From: Eledone cirrhosa
Taxonomy: Eukaryota
Direction of reading: 5' to 3'
Length of the DNA stretch: 64,000 nt
NCBI GenBank assembly: GCA_964016885.1
Contig: OZ024746.1
Coordinates: 28,830,001-28,894,000, forward strand
In this document: positions 40,590 to 53,407 of the stretch, in pieces
Position numbering within the stretch: the stretch's first letter is position 1
Layout: each line of letters begins with the position of its first letter
Translations under genes and position numbers: made by a program
Notes under the pieces: generated by a model
Database searches by the model: none
What the model saw: only the letters and a program-made list of their open reading frames with translations
What the model was told of the DNA's origin: nothing

Positions 40590-41820
40590 GTTTTGATTGA
40601 AACTCTTTTGGAACTTGGAGCAGAGGTCCAATGGTCTAGCTGTAACATATTTTCCACTCAAGACAATGCAGCAGCTGCTATGGCTAAAGCTGGTGTTCCT
40701 GTTTATGCTTGGAAAGGAGAAAGTGATGAAGAATATATTTGGTGTATTGAGCAGACTCTCTATTTCAAAGATGATCAGCCTCTCAACTTGATTCTTGATG
40801 ATGGTGGTGATCTTACTAATTTGGTTCACACCAAATACCCACAGTTATTAAATGAGATTAAGGGTTTATCTGAAGAAACCACCACTGGTGTTCATAATTT
40901 GTACAAGATGTTGGAGAAAAAAGAACTGAAAGTTCCAGCAATTAATGTCAATGATTCTGTAACAAAGAGCAAATTTGACAATTTATACGGCTGCCGTGAG
41001 TCTTTGGTTGATGGTATTAAACGTGCCACAGATGTTATGTTAGCTGGTGAAGTAGCTGTTGTGGCTGGTTATGGAGATGTTGGAAAAGGTTGTGCCCAAT
41101 CTTTGAAAGGTTTTGGTACCAGAGTGATCGTTACTGAAATTGATCCCATCAATGCCTTGCAAGCTGCTATGGAAGGATTTGAAGTTACAACTATGGATGA
41201 GGCCTGTAAAATTGGACGTATCTTTGTAACAAGTACAGGCTGTCGTGATATCATCACAGCAAAGCACTTTATGGAAATGCCAGATGATGCTATTGTTTGT
41301 AACATTGGCCATTTTGACATTGAAATCGATGTTGATTGGTTAAATAAGAACAAAGTGAAAAAGGTGGTCATTAAACCACAGCTTGATGAAGAGGTAGCTG
41401 CCTTGCATTTGGATCATCTTGGAGTGAAGTTAACAGAACTAACTGACAAACAATCTGAGTATCTTGGAGTGGGCAAGAAAGGTCCCGTTAAGCCTGAACA
41501 CTACCGTTATTGAGTCCTTCCATCTTGGTTTTGTGAGATATGACTACTCTGAAGTTCCATAACAAATTTAGGCACCAAAACTTTGGATATTACTTTATTA
41601 ATGGGAAACGTTGGGGGGGTTTTTTTCTCTAGAACATTCCTATCTGCTTTATAAAATAAATCTTGAAATGTTTGCAATGCACCATTTGTGGTGCTCCAAC
41701 ATTACAAATTTTAATTTGTCAAAAAAATGTGCAGATCTTCCTATTTCAGATATTCTTTTTTCTAATAATGGTCACAAATGGCTTAGTGGATTGATATATT
41801 ATGTTTGATATGTAAAAAAA
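40586..41820 (+). pseudogene. AHCY: Processed retrocopy of S-adenosylhomocysteine hydrolase; 5'-truncated, in-frame internal gap
   Basis: [68 protein letters not shown]; no introns; 3' UTR and A7; lacks ~60 N-terminal residues. Confidence 0.93.
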
Positions 41821-41940
41821 CTCAATAATAATAATAATAATAATAATAACAACAATAATAATATACATATACATATATATATATATACACACACACGCAC
41901 ACACATAAACATATCTATATACACACACACACGATAGCAA

Positions 41941-44035
41941 CTAAGAACTCTGCGATCGAATGTGGCTTTTTAGCCCAGCCAATGATCTAAAATGTCTTGC
42001 ACAGAGTCGGCAACCTAAACATTCACTGGGAATAGCCGGCTGTGGTTGGAGTTCATGTACTTTTGCATGTCGCTTGAGCCCTCCTGCTGATTTACATTCT
42101 CTACCACATGCTTGGCAAGCATGATGAGTAGCATCTCCAACAGCAGCCTGGTAGTCAACCACTGGTCTTACTTTATGACTGCGAAGATGACTTTCGAGTC
42201 CAGCTTTGCTTAGGCAGTCTCGCACAGACGCTGCATGTCAGCACCATAGGAGGACCCTCTCCGTCTGGAAGTGCAACAACAATGCCCTTCCCCACATCCC
42301 GCTTTACTTTCTCGTATGTGATTCGAGATGCCTCAAAGGCAACTTTTCCCTCATATACTGTCTGTCTCCATTTATTACGATCAGCAGCAATATTTTCCCA
42401 TGTATCAGCAGAAATGTTAGCGTCTTTCAAAGCGGCTTTCAAGGATTCCTTATACCTCTTTTTTAGTTTATGTGGCGGTCGTTTTCCTTTACCTAACTCT
42501 CCATGAAAGAGTTGTTTTGGTATTCTATAATCCTTCATCCTGGCAAGGTGACCACTCCAACGGGGTCGTTTCTTAAGCACAAGAGCTTCTATACTGTCAC
42601 ACATAGAGCTTTCCAAAATCTCGACATCACTGATGTGGTCCCTCCAGTGAACGCCATGGATCCGTCTGAGACACATCTGATGGAAACGCTCCAATTGCTT
42701 AAGGTGGTGTCGATATGTGACCCAGGTCTCGCAGGTATAAAGAAGACAAGAGAGCACACATGCCTTGTAGACCTTTATCTTTGTCCTCTTGCATATTTCT
42801 CGCCGACCCCAGAGTCGCCTTTCTAGCTTTCCGAAAGAATCACTTGCTTTCCTAATCCTAAGTGAGATTTCACTATCAAGTTTGCTGTATCGATTGACAG
42901 TGCTTCCCAGGTAGACAAACTGATCAACCACTCCAAGTCGTTTACCATACACATAGATATTTGGTTCAGTGTACTGCTTACCAGGGGCAGTTCGGTACAT
43001 GACGACGGTTTTCTTGAGACTGGCAGTCAATCCTAATGCAGTGCAAGCGTCAGAAAATGCATTCAAAATGTGCTGCATATCACTCTCTGTGTGCGCTACA
43101 AGATCGCAATCATCTGCATACAAGAGGTCTCTTATGATTGATGTAAATACTTTTGTCTTTGCAGCAAAGCACCTGATGTTAAATATGCTGCCTGAGGTTC
43201 GATATCGGATGTAAACGCCATGCTCGCAATTCCTGAATTTAATACAGAAAACCATTGCAAAGTATATGGCAAACAGGGTAGGTGCTGGAATATCCCCCTG
43301 TTTCACTCCATTTTTTTTACTGAGATCGGCTCCGACATGTTACCTCCGACATTAACCCAAGCCTTCATGTCGTCAGGGAAAGACCTAACTAAAGCAAGAA
43401 ACTTATCAGGGCAACCAAGTTTCTGGAGAACCTTCCATAATGCATCTCTGTTAACAGTATCGAAAGCTTTTGTCAGATCGACAAAAACCTGATACAGATC
43501 CAAACCTTGTTCTATGCACTTCTCCTGGAGATGTCTAGCTGAGAACATCATATCAGTAGTGCCGCGTCCAGCACGAAAACCAGATTGACTTTCAGGAAGA
43601 ACACAATCTGCAATGTGTGTCAGCAGACGGTCCAAAAGCACCCTACATAAAACTTTCCCTACGACAGAAAGCAATGATATACCTCTGTAGTTCCCACAAT
43701 CATTCATGTTACCCTTTCCCTTGTACAAGACCACCATTACTGCATCTCTCCAGTCCTCAGGTACGGATTCATTAGCCCATATCCTGCCAAACAAAGAGTG
43801 AAGATGTTGCAGGAGTCTCTCACCACCATATTGTAGGAGCTCAGCATGTATGCCATCCATACCTGGAGACCTTCCACTGTTCAGCTTCGAGATAACCACT
43901 GCAACCTCCACAAGCGTCGGAGGTTCTGCGAGAGCTACTTTCACAGGACTTTCTGGAATGAGATTGAGGAAATCTTCACTGACGACAGACGGTGATTCAA
44001 AAGATCATCAAAGTGCTCTCGCCACCTTCGTAGAA
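41941..44035 (-). pseudogene. RTE reverse transcriptase with three C-terminal C2H2-type fingers, frameshifted
   Basis: NYRGISLLS, FVDLTKAFDTV, KQGD, LYADD; shifts near 43945, 43310, 42225; CSVC..H, CQAC..HAKVH, CRLC..H. Confidence 0.92.
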
Positions 44036-44689
44036 TTCCTTCATATACAGTCTTTCTCCATCTATTACGATCAGCAGCAATATTTCCCCATGTATCAGCA
44101 GAGACGTTAGCGTCTTTCAAAGAGGCTTTCAAGGAATCCCTATACTTCTTTTTTGGTTTATGTGGCGGTCGCACACACACACACGCACACAGGCATACAC
44201 ACACTCACATACTCACACATACACACATACACACGTATACACATACATAATACATACATAAATACATACATACGTACATACATGATTGCTTCATCTTGTC
44301 AGATGATAGCTTATCAACATCATCTCAATCCCTCAAGCAAGTTTATACCCTCCCATGTGCACGGATGTGACTTTTGAGTACAGCAACTGATTTAAAAGGA
44401 CTTTGGCATGAGTAACAAATTTATGCCTGTGTGTGTACTGTGTTTATTGGATCAGGATGTAGAATTTTATGTTGATAAATCTTCATATGGCGTTTTAACC
44501 GGGAGGTTGTCTTACATATATTACTACAAATTTGACAAGTAATCACATCTGGAGGTGCGGGGATATTTGCAACAAAATTTGCCTATATTATTATCTGTTC
44601 AAGTGTGTTCATAGGGTTTACAAACCCGGCTTTAGAGAGAACGATACGGTGACAGAAGTTGCAATCCCAATAATTAACATTTTCAGGCC

Positions 44690-44960
44690 CTGGCAGCTCC
44701 CCATTTCTTATTGCTCGTAATAGCTCTGCCTTTTCTTTTTGTTTTGTAGTTGACATCCTGATTTAAGTGTCTTTCTCCATATATTACGATCAAGAGTTTG
44801 CTTTTCCCTTTGATGCTGGCATACCTCCCCACTTAATACCTAGGATCTGCCGAAGGCTCTTTTGCTGGAATCTTTCAAGTATCTTGAAATGACGCACTTG
44901 AGTAGTATAACACCCATACAACAAAACTTGACAATGATTTTTATGTCAAGCATATAGTTG
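44690..44960 (-). mobile_element. Decayed RTE fragment
   Basis: VLLYGC..RHFKILERFQQKSLRQILGIKW. Confidence 0.65.
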
Positions 44961-45585
44961 CACTTCTCGGTAGAGGGTTAAAATCATTTAAAAACTGATA
45001 ATCAGTACTCAGAGAGTCCTTAGCGTAAAAGGATAACGCACTCGCCTAGCATCCGAAATTTGTCTGGTTCAATCCCTTCCAAGCGCTTCTATTTACATTT
45101 TTGCACCTCCAGGGGTATTTTGTCAATTTTCGACTTTTATATATACTGATCAACTATTGTTATAGTCATATGCATTTGGACGACTACATTTCATGCCACA
45201 AGAAAGTCTGTAGTTTTTAATAAGTTTACTTGCCGTAAGGAAGTAGAGGAAAGATTGACATCTTTGATTGAGGTTAATTCTAGAGAAAAAGATCATGTCA
45301 TGGCCGCCGGAAGAGAAGGATATAAGTAAATAGTTAAATGGAAAGTACATTTACTCATTAACCTATTGACTAACTTTTTTCACATACGCTGGCTATTCAT
45401 TCAGCACTGTCTAACGAATGACACATAGGTCGGGGCCGCTAATTCATGTTGTGGTTAAATCGTCAGGAAGAAGACCTCACGTTCTGAGTTCAAATTATGT
45501 TGAGACCAACTTTCTGTTTCACCAGGTTCTGCGTCGGAAAGTAACAATCAAATAATGGGAGTCATTTCCCCTCTCTCTACTTATC

Positions 45586-45656
<71 letters not shown>

Positions 45657-45892
45657 TCTCTCTCTCATTCTCTGTTTTTCTTTCTGGCACTACTTATCAC
45701 CCCACCACCCCTCTCTCTCTCTCTCTGAATTGTCAGCGTTAATGTAACGACAAGGGAGTGCTCACACCGTGTCGCTAGCAATCCTTTTGACACTGAGAAA
45801 AAGTCAGATACGTCAGCGTTCGATCTTCAGCCTGTCTGACAACGGCGCATGAAGCTTATGTTGGCTTAACCAAGTAACCGTTGTTATAAAAT

Positions 45893-46140
45893 GGATTGGC
45901 AGTATTGGTAGAGGGTCGGACGCCATGCTTTGACGCGTAGAGTTACGGCCCTTGCCATTCTGAGTTCAAATCCCGCCGAGGTTAACTTTGCCTTTCATCC
46001 TTACGGGGTCGATAAAATAAAGTACTAGTAATACACTGGTTAATTGCTGGCCTTGTGCCAAAAGTAGAATCAATTATTAGCATACCAGTAATACACTGGT
46101 AAAATTGCTAGCCTTGTGCCAAAAGTAGAAACAATTATTA
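45893..46140 (+). mobile_element. SINE family A with tandemly duplicated 60-bp tail
   Basis: Boxes A/B; tail repeated at 46023-46082 and 46083-46142. Confidence 0.88.
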
Positions 46141-46528
46141 GCATAGTTTGTGGGGGTGGGAGTGGAATCACCCCCCATTCCTCGCACACGCTGGTTTGTA
46201 AGGCTGCAATTTACTAATTCGGTGTACTGGGGAAACCACTTCATACAACAAATCAACTATAGACATTGTTGAGTGATAAAATGTATGTATTTTACAATCA
46301 CATTGGTAACATATGAGAGTGAAAACAAGAATTGAAACTCTATCGGTATATCAGAGTCCAACAGAGTTGTTTTAATTCGATGTTTCTATGCTTACACGAA
46401 GGCCATGTCTTATCGTGATTTCATGAACGTTACGTGATAGATTATATACCCGCCCACATTTAAATGCAGAGATTATCACCACGTGATGCTAGAGCTAATT
46501 ATCAAATGGAAAAACCGGAGAATGTGAA

Positions 46529-46570
46529 ATGGAATCATTTGCTGAAGACTACAACGAGTACGTCAACCAG
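46529..46570 (+). other. Candidate exon end (ATG-MESFAEDYNEYVNQ, donor CAG|GTAAGA)
   Basis: Strong donor in non-repetitive sequence; no recognised homology. Confidence 0.25.
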
Positions 46571-47218
46571 GTAAGAATATGGAGTTCAGGATTTTATGGC
46601 CATAAACACAGCAGACTAAAATACATGGGTCACATACGTTCCCACCGGTCCGCAATATCATATTAAAATATTATATATTATAAAGAATTTAACTGCTTAA
46701 TGAATTCCTGAGACAGCTCAGTCTAATAAATTCCTAAAGCCTCACTGGGTTAGTGAAATGTAAATATTATAGAATCAAACAGGCAACATATAAGGGGGTA
46801 TAAATAGGAATAAGAATATACAAGTGAAATGGTGACCAATATCATATTAACATGTTATATGTTGTAAAATTGTGAGCACGCAAAATATAGTGTCAAACAA
46901 CTAATTTTATAGATATTTCTAATTCGCAGTTTAACAAAATTGGTTAGGTTCCTACTTATTAGACTGTCGTTACAATAATGACATTTGCTATGTCTGACTA
47001 TAATGATAACATATGATTTATTACCTTGCGAAAATGATAACCTGTTGTTTCGAATAAATACATTAATGAATCTATATTTTATATTTCATCTATGCTCTAC
47101 TGTTATACTCTTTTACACACTTCGTAAATCACTGCAACACTGCCACATTCTATCTCTTAGTCTCCCCCCACTCTTCTCTCTCTCTATCTCTCTCTCCCTT
47201 GATGTCTCACCCCCACCC

Positions 47219-47279
<61 letters not shown>

Positions 47280-47305
47280 CAACCCGGAATTGTGGTAACT
47301 ACCAA

Positions 47306-47388
47306 TCACCCAGATAGCGTTTGGCGATGCTGTTTCGCAATCTAATTGTGAAGAGAATTACCAATTTTTATTGCTCATCGGTGAGTGA
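47306..47388 (-). ncRNA. Hammerhead with extended stems, apparently mutated
   Basis: UCACUCA-CCGAUGA-GCAAU..AUUGC-GAAA-CAGC..GCUA-UC-UGGGUGA; U4C core change and one stem III mismatch. Confidence 0.6.
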
Positions 47389-47847
47389 AAAATTAGCAAA
47401 CTCCTCATTTCTAAGTATATCAGAAAACTGAATAGTGTGCATATATACAATAAAGCACGTGGTATCAAAACCTACCATGTCTCACAAACTCATACCACTA
47501 AAAATAGCAGCCAAGTTTACTCGACATTTAAATTAGCTCAACAAATTAACGGAGCCGAATATATCAAAGGTATATATTGAGTTAGAAACTCAAAATAGTC
47601 TCTTACAATAAAATAGCTCAAGGAAAGAGATTTTTCCGAGCCGTATATTATAATTAAATATAAAGGAGAGATAAACACACATATATACATATATGTGTTC
47701 AAATCGTAAGGGACCAGATTCGCTAAGGTGAAAAAGATACTAACTATGGACAATAGGGTTTGCCAGACTCAATTTAAGAATATATCTTTCCTTGAGCTAT
47801 TTTATTGTAAGCGACCTATTTTGAGTTTCTAACTCAATATATACCTT

Positions 47848-47886
<39 letters not shown>

Positions 47887-47893
<7 letters not shown>

Positions 47894-48310
47894 GATATTA
47901 ATAAATGGAAACTATATTTATAAAACCATATTTATTTCATTATACATATTTCAGGGATACCAAATTAAATTATGGTATGCCTTCATCAGACAAAATACAA
48001 TATATAACAGTTTTACAAATAAGCTTTGACGTATCCTATTAAAATGCAACCATTGTTTATGGAAGCCATCCGGATAGTGATTTGTTTATATTATTTTAAT
48101 AAGTCATAGTGCTAAGGACAATTAGAAAAAGACGGAGAGAAAGAAAAATTGGTATCCCTGAAATATGTATAATGAAATAAATATGGTTTTATAAATATAG
48201 TTTCCATTTATTAATATCGTATATCTACTCCAAATACTTGTCGAGTGCTTTATATCAGTTATAAAAATATTTACTTGTTGTATCCCAACAATTTTAAATA
48301 GAACTTTTGC
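47887..48310. mobile_element. Head-to-head pLTR-like fragments with hammerhead (47938-47995, minus)
   Basis: 76-bp inverted repeat 47887-47963/48149-48224; CUGAUGA-AGGCAUACCA..UGGUAUCCCU-GAAA-UAUGUA. Confidence 0.65.
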
Positions 48311-48396
<86 letters not shown>

Positions 48397-50175
48397 ATAT
48401 ATATATGTGTATGTGTGTATGTGTGTTTAAGGGTGTGTCCTTCCCCCTGTACAATGTGTGTTTTATAATTATTTAAGCCCCCTATAGTCGCTGTATTCTT
48501 TCGCAAGTATTTATTATCTCATTCGATGGTAGCCTAATGACATTACTTGTTGTATTAGGAAGGCAACAGGAAATAGTTTACACCGACTAAGACATTATAA
48601 AAACAGGTTACATACGAGTTGCAGCCGCCATAATTGAGAATACTCGGAAATACTATTATATAGAATTAAACAGATCGCTAGAATCTAAGAATTTCAGAAT
48701 ATCAGAATGTTTCTCGTTTTGGCCAAGTCCCAAACACCGTAGGGAATATTTCGTCTATTGAATAAACGTCTGTTTGCTTCTTTCCTTACAATCTCTCTCT
48801 CTCTCTCTCTCTCTCTTACGTACATACCTACATACTTACACATATTTGTATGTGCATATATATACATACACACAGACCAACTCACACACTTATATGTATA
48901 TAATTAAAATTGAAATAGGCTTCGCCGTACATTTTTGACCAAATAACATTGTCTGATAATAACAGGCAAATAACCCCACTGAACGGGAAAAATAAAGATG
49001 GGCATCAGCACACCTGATAGTCGAACCCCCATCTCCTGTTTGTCGGACAAGTCAGATACTGTTACGCTATGAACACAACCAGGCCTTTCCATTGTTTTTA
49101 GGGGCTATAACGCATTAGCGATATATAAACAAGGAAGCATGTTTAGAAAGCGGCAAGCGGAGTTTGAAAATTATTAGGCTATTATATTTAGTCAAAAAGT
49201 TTCGGCGAAGTCTTCTATTTCAATTTTCAAACACTTTCTAAACATACGACTACTTCCTTTGTTTACATAATTATTTTATTTCATATTGTTTATGTTATTC
49301 TCATTTCTTGACACCCTAAACGAAATAGTGGCTTTATCCTCTTAAATGAACATTATTTTGTTCATTAATATTTCATATCTTATATTCTACTATATATATC
49401 AATATATTATTCTACTATATATATCAATATATAATTCTAAATCCCTTAGTATTTATTGTCTCTACATTATGCCTAGATATATGATCTTATTGCAAATTTT
49501 CTAAAACTTCAATAACATAAAAAAAGATATATATTTTCCCTCATAAATATTGTCACTAAACTGTTATAACTTTAGTTAAACAGTGATTCCTCGATAGATA
49601 AATTTCCGATGGTCAATAGATTGATGATTTCTACAATGACTGACGATGCCTCATGTATTGTTTACAAATATTAGCTTATCGTTATCAGTTAATATATATA
49701 CACGTATATAACTTGATCCTATTCTATGTCTGGGAAATAGGTGACAATCCAAACCCCGTTTACGTATAATCCGAAGCAATTAATGTTTATTCATTTAACT
49801 TTATCATAGCTATGATTTTCTTTCTATTTAGGACAGACAGCACAGCTTGAGGTTCACTATCCCGTTATTTCCTTTTTGCGGCTCCCAATAAGAGGCCAGT
49901 ATTGAAACGGCTCCGCCTCTATACAGAAGTGACTATAACTAGACCCTGAAACCTAACGTCGCGCATACATGTTAAGTATATGAAATTTTAATTATACTAG
50001 ATAAACTCTCATGCAATAGATTGAGCATTGTTATCCTTGGCTTTTTATCTACGGATATCCTGCATACATACATATATACATACATACATACATACATACA
50101 TGCATGCATACATACATACATACATACATACATACATACATACATACATACATACATACATACATACATACATAC

Positions 50176-50589
50176 ATGGTGGCTGCCAACTCGTTTTCGA
50201 GTACGGCCACTACTTTATATCGATGTAGGAGAACCCCTACCGATGCGCTGAACGAGTGTGACTTTTTAGTCCAGCCAGCGACTTGATAACTCTGGTACAA
50301 ACACTACACTTGTGACAATTACTGACACATAGTGCTGGGCCCATGGTACCATGTGACGAAAAGTGCAGAGAGATCTCCAGATATAAAGCAATGCCTGTGC
50401 CGTGAAGCTTTTATAGTGAGCAAAGGCACTGCACAAAGCCAGTCCCACTCTCTTAACCAAGATGATATTTATCAAAAAGAAGAACAAGTCAACATCGTTG
50501 GATACCATCAGAGTTGCAGGTGTTATATCAGAGTTTTCATTCTCCTAGAATTCTGCCTTGACAAAGGCTAAGGGGTCATCTCTCCCGGT
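50176..50589 (-). mobile_element. 5'-truncated copy of RTE-derived non-autonomous element
   Basis: Near-identical to 53408-53821; CSVCTRVIKSLAGLKSH remnant; (ATGT)n tail. Confidence 0.8.
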
Positions 50590-50944
50590 ATGTATGTATG
50601 TATGTACGTACATACATACGTACATACATACATACATACATACATACATACATACATACATACATACGTACGTACGTACGTACGTACATACATACATACA
50701 TACATACATACATACATACATACATACATACATACGTACGTACGTACGTACGTACATACATACATACATACATACATACATACATACATACGTACGTACG
50801 TACATACATACATACGTACGTACGTACGTACGTACATACATACATACATACATACATACATACATACATACATACATACATACATACATACATACATACA
50901 TACATAAATACACACATACATACATACATACATACATACATACA

Positions 50945-51450
50945 AACGAGGAAGAATATATTGAGACAGATGGCACTAAGGAATACTGGTGGAACCTGAA
51001 AATAAAAACTGCCACCAAATTAAAGCACAACCGGCCTGATATTGTAGTTTGGGACCACACATTGAAAACGTGTTCTGTTGTGGAGATCAGCTGCCCACTT
51101 GATGTAAACGTTGTCAGAAAAATACAGGAGAAGGAGGACATCTACGGACCATTGATGAGGAGTTTACAAATCCAGTATCCAAGATACACCTTTAGCTTCA
51201 TACCCATCATTATTGGTGCTACGGGTTATATACCAACCCGCTTGGACCAAAGTATGACTGAACTTGGATTTGCGGACAAAAAGTGCAGCTCCCTAATTCA
51301 TAGTCTACAAATGGCTGCGATAGCTGGCACCTTCAAAATTTGCAAAACATTCTTGCGATTCAAGGGATGACAATTTCTTTTCTTTTACAACCTTGCCACG
51401 AGGAAGGTGGCCGGTCAAAAAAATATACTCGAAATTAAGAGAAAGAGAAA
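50945..51450 (+). mobile_element. R4/Dong-like RLE retrotransposon 3' fragment A
   Basis: EYWWN..HNRPDIVVWD..VVEISCP..KEDIY..IIIGATG; (ACAT)n tail. Confidence 0.88.
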
Positions 51451-51526
51451 ACATACATACATACATACATACATACATACATACATACATACATACATAC
51501 ATACATACATACATACATACATACAT

Positions 51527-53338
51527 AACTTCTTTGTGGACGATTTGAAACTCTATGCCAAGAACATGGATGGGATGAAGAAAAATCTTGACCTGGTTAC
51601 AACGTTCTCAAAGGATATAGGAATGGAGTTTGACCAAGATAAATGCTCATACATGACTGTAAAGCGGGGAAAAACAACAACCCAATCTAGCAACATTGTC
51701 ATCAATGGTCTAACTGTTTCACCAATATCTGATGAGGACTTCTACAGATACCTGGGGATAGATGAGAACATATCCTATAATGGTGTCTGTAATAAAGAAC
51801 GCGTAACCAGGGAATACTACACCCGATTAAGAAAGATCTGGTCATCGGAACTCTCTGCGCAAAACAAAACAGTGGCTCACAATGTGTTTGCTGTGCCTGT
51901 CCTAACACCAACGTTTGGAATACTCAATTGGACGATAGACGAAATCCGAGCAGTTGATGTTGGAACTCGAAAATTAATGAACAACACCGGAAACTTCCAC
52001 ATCAACAGTGACATAGACCGCCTTTACTTGAAACGTAGGCAGGGAGGCAGAGGCCTAACATCAGTCCAGACAACATTTGAATATCGCATCATATCTCTCC
52101 GACAACATCTACGAACCTCGAAGCGTAGGAGCCCGCTTCTCTAGCAAGTCTATCTGCATGAAACAGATAAGATCATGAGAGTTGGGAAGGAACTCCTTGA
52201 GAGATATTCCCTGTGTGATAATCAAAAACTCACACCCAGGGATGTCGCTCAGCAGTATCGCAGTGAAGTTATGGATGATAAACTGCATGCCTATCAGCAA
52301 AAAATCATGCATGGATATGTTGCCAGGAAACTCCAGAGTGAGAGTAATATAGATTAGGAAAGTAGTCTATCTTGGACCAACAACCGCTATATTGGCTCCC
52401 ACTTTGAAGGATACGCTTTTGCAATCCAAGAACAGGCGATTAGCACGAAATACCTGATTCACAAAAGAGATAGGGATGCAGGCAAAACACCTAGATGTGA
52501 TAACGAGTGCAGACTCTGCAGAACTAACATCGAGGATATCACCCATGTCATCAGCAGCAGTCCAAAGATGTCATCGCGGTACTATCTACCTATGAGGCAT
52601 GATGTAGTGGCCAAAACACTGTGCAATGCAGTTCGTGAAAAAGATAGCCCCGATAATAAACACATTAAAAGCTACAACAATGTGGAAGACATCCATGTAC
52701 ATAATATGAACGAGTACTGGTGGAATGTTCCAGTAAAAACCCCCAATAAAATGCAGGCATAACAGACCAGATATTATGATATGGGACAGGGAGAAGAAAA
52801 CATGCACAGTAGTGGAAATTAGCTTCCCAGCAGATGCCAATATAATATCAAAGATAAGTGAAAAGGAGAATATTTATGCAGAACTGATGAGAAATCTGCA
52901 GATACTCCACCCTTATTACACCTTCAGATTTATGCCTGTGATTATTGGGGCACTGGGGTATGTTAGTAACTGCCTCAATACAAATATTGAGAAGCTAGGT
53001 TTCACAGGAACAGAAAGAACACAACTAGTTAGGAAACTACAAGTACAATCCATTAATGGAACAGTAAAAATATGTAAAACATTCCAAAAATGTTGCATCT
53101 AATAACTGCATATACACATGTAGAGATATAAAGCATATACACGTGCACACATACAACTCAAAACATCCACATCTACACATACAATAACATCCATATCTAC
53201 ACATGCATGCATGCATACATACATATCTACCTAGTTGATGTTATGTAAATTCCAATGAGAGAGTCTTGTGTCTATGTTAGAAACCGACTCTCTCTCTATT
53301 GGTAAAACTTTGTGAAATTATAAAACCAGAAGAACGAA
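51527..53338 (+). mobile_element. R4/Dong-like RLE retrotransposon 3' fragment B
   Basis: [32 protein letters not shown] zinc motif, RHD, RPD..VEISFP; stops and frameshift; (ACAT)n tail. Confidence 0.9.
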
Positions 53339-53407
53339 CATACATACATATATACATACATACATACATATATACATACATACATACATACATACGTACG
53401 TACATAC

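Larger units (their letters stand above)
39761..44171 (-). mobile_element. 5'-truncated RTE LINE with 78-bp TSD; 3' UTR interrupted by 2.1-kb insert
   Basis: RT motifs; 3' terminal ggccatactcgatagcgagggggcagccatcat-(GTAT)n at 39761-39803; direct repeats 39683-39760 / 44172-44249. Confidence 0.8.

Noticed and set aside
40593-41513. Functional or horizontally acquired AHCY gene
   Set aside because: TTG start is internal; N-terminus and an active-site segment missing; fused to a LINE
45012-45090. tRNA-like sequence (also ~49010-49085 minus)
   Set aside because: No complete cloverleaf; more likely SINE heads
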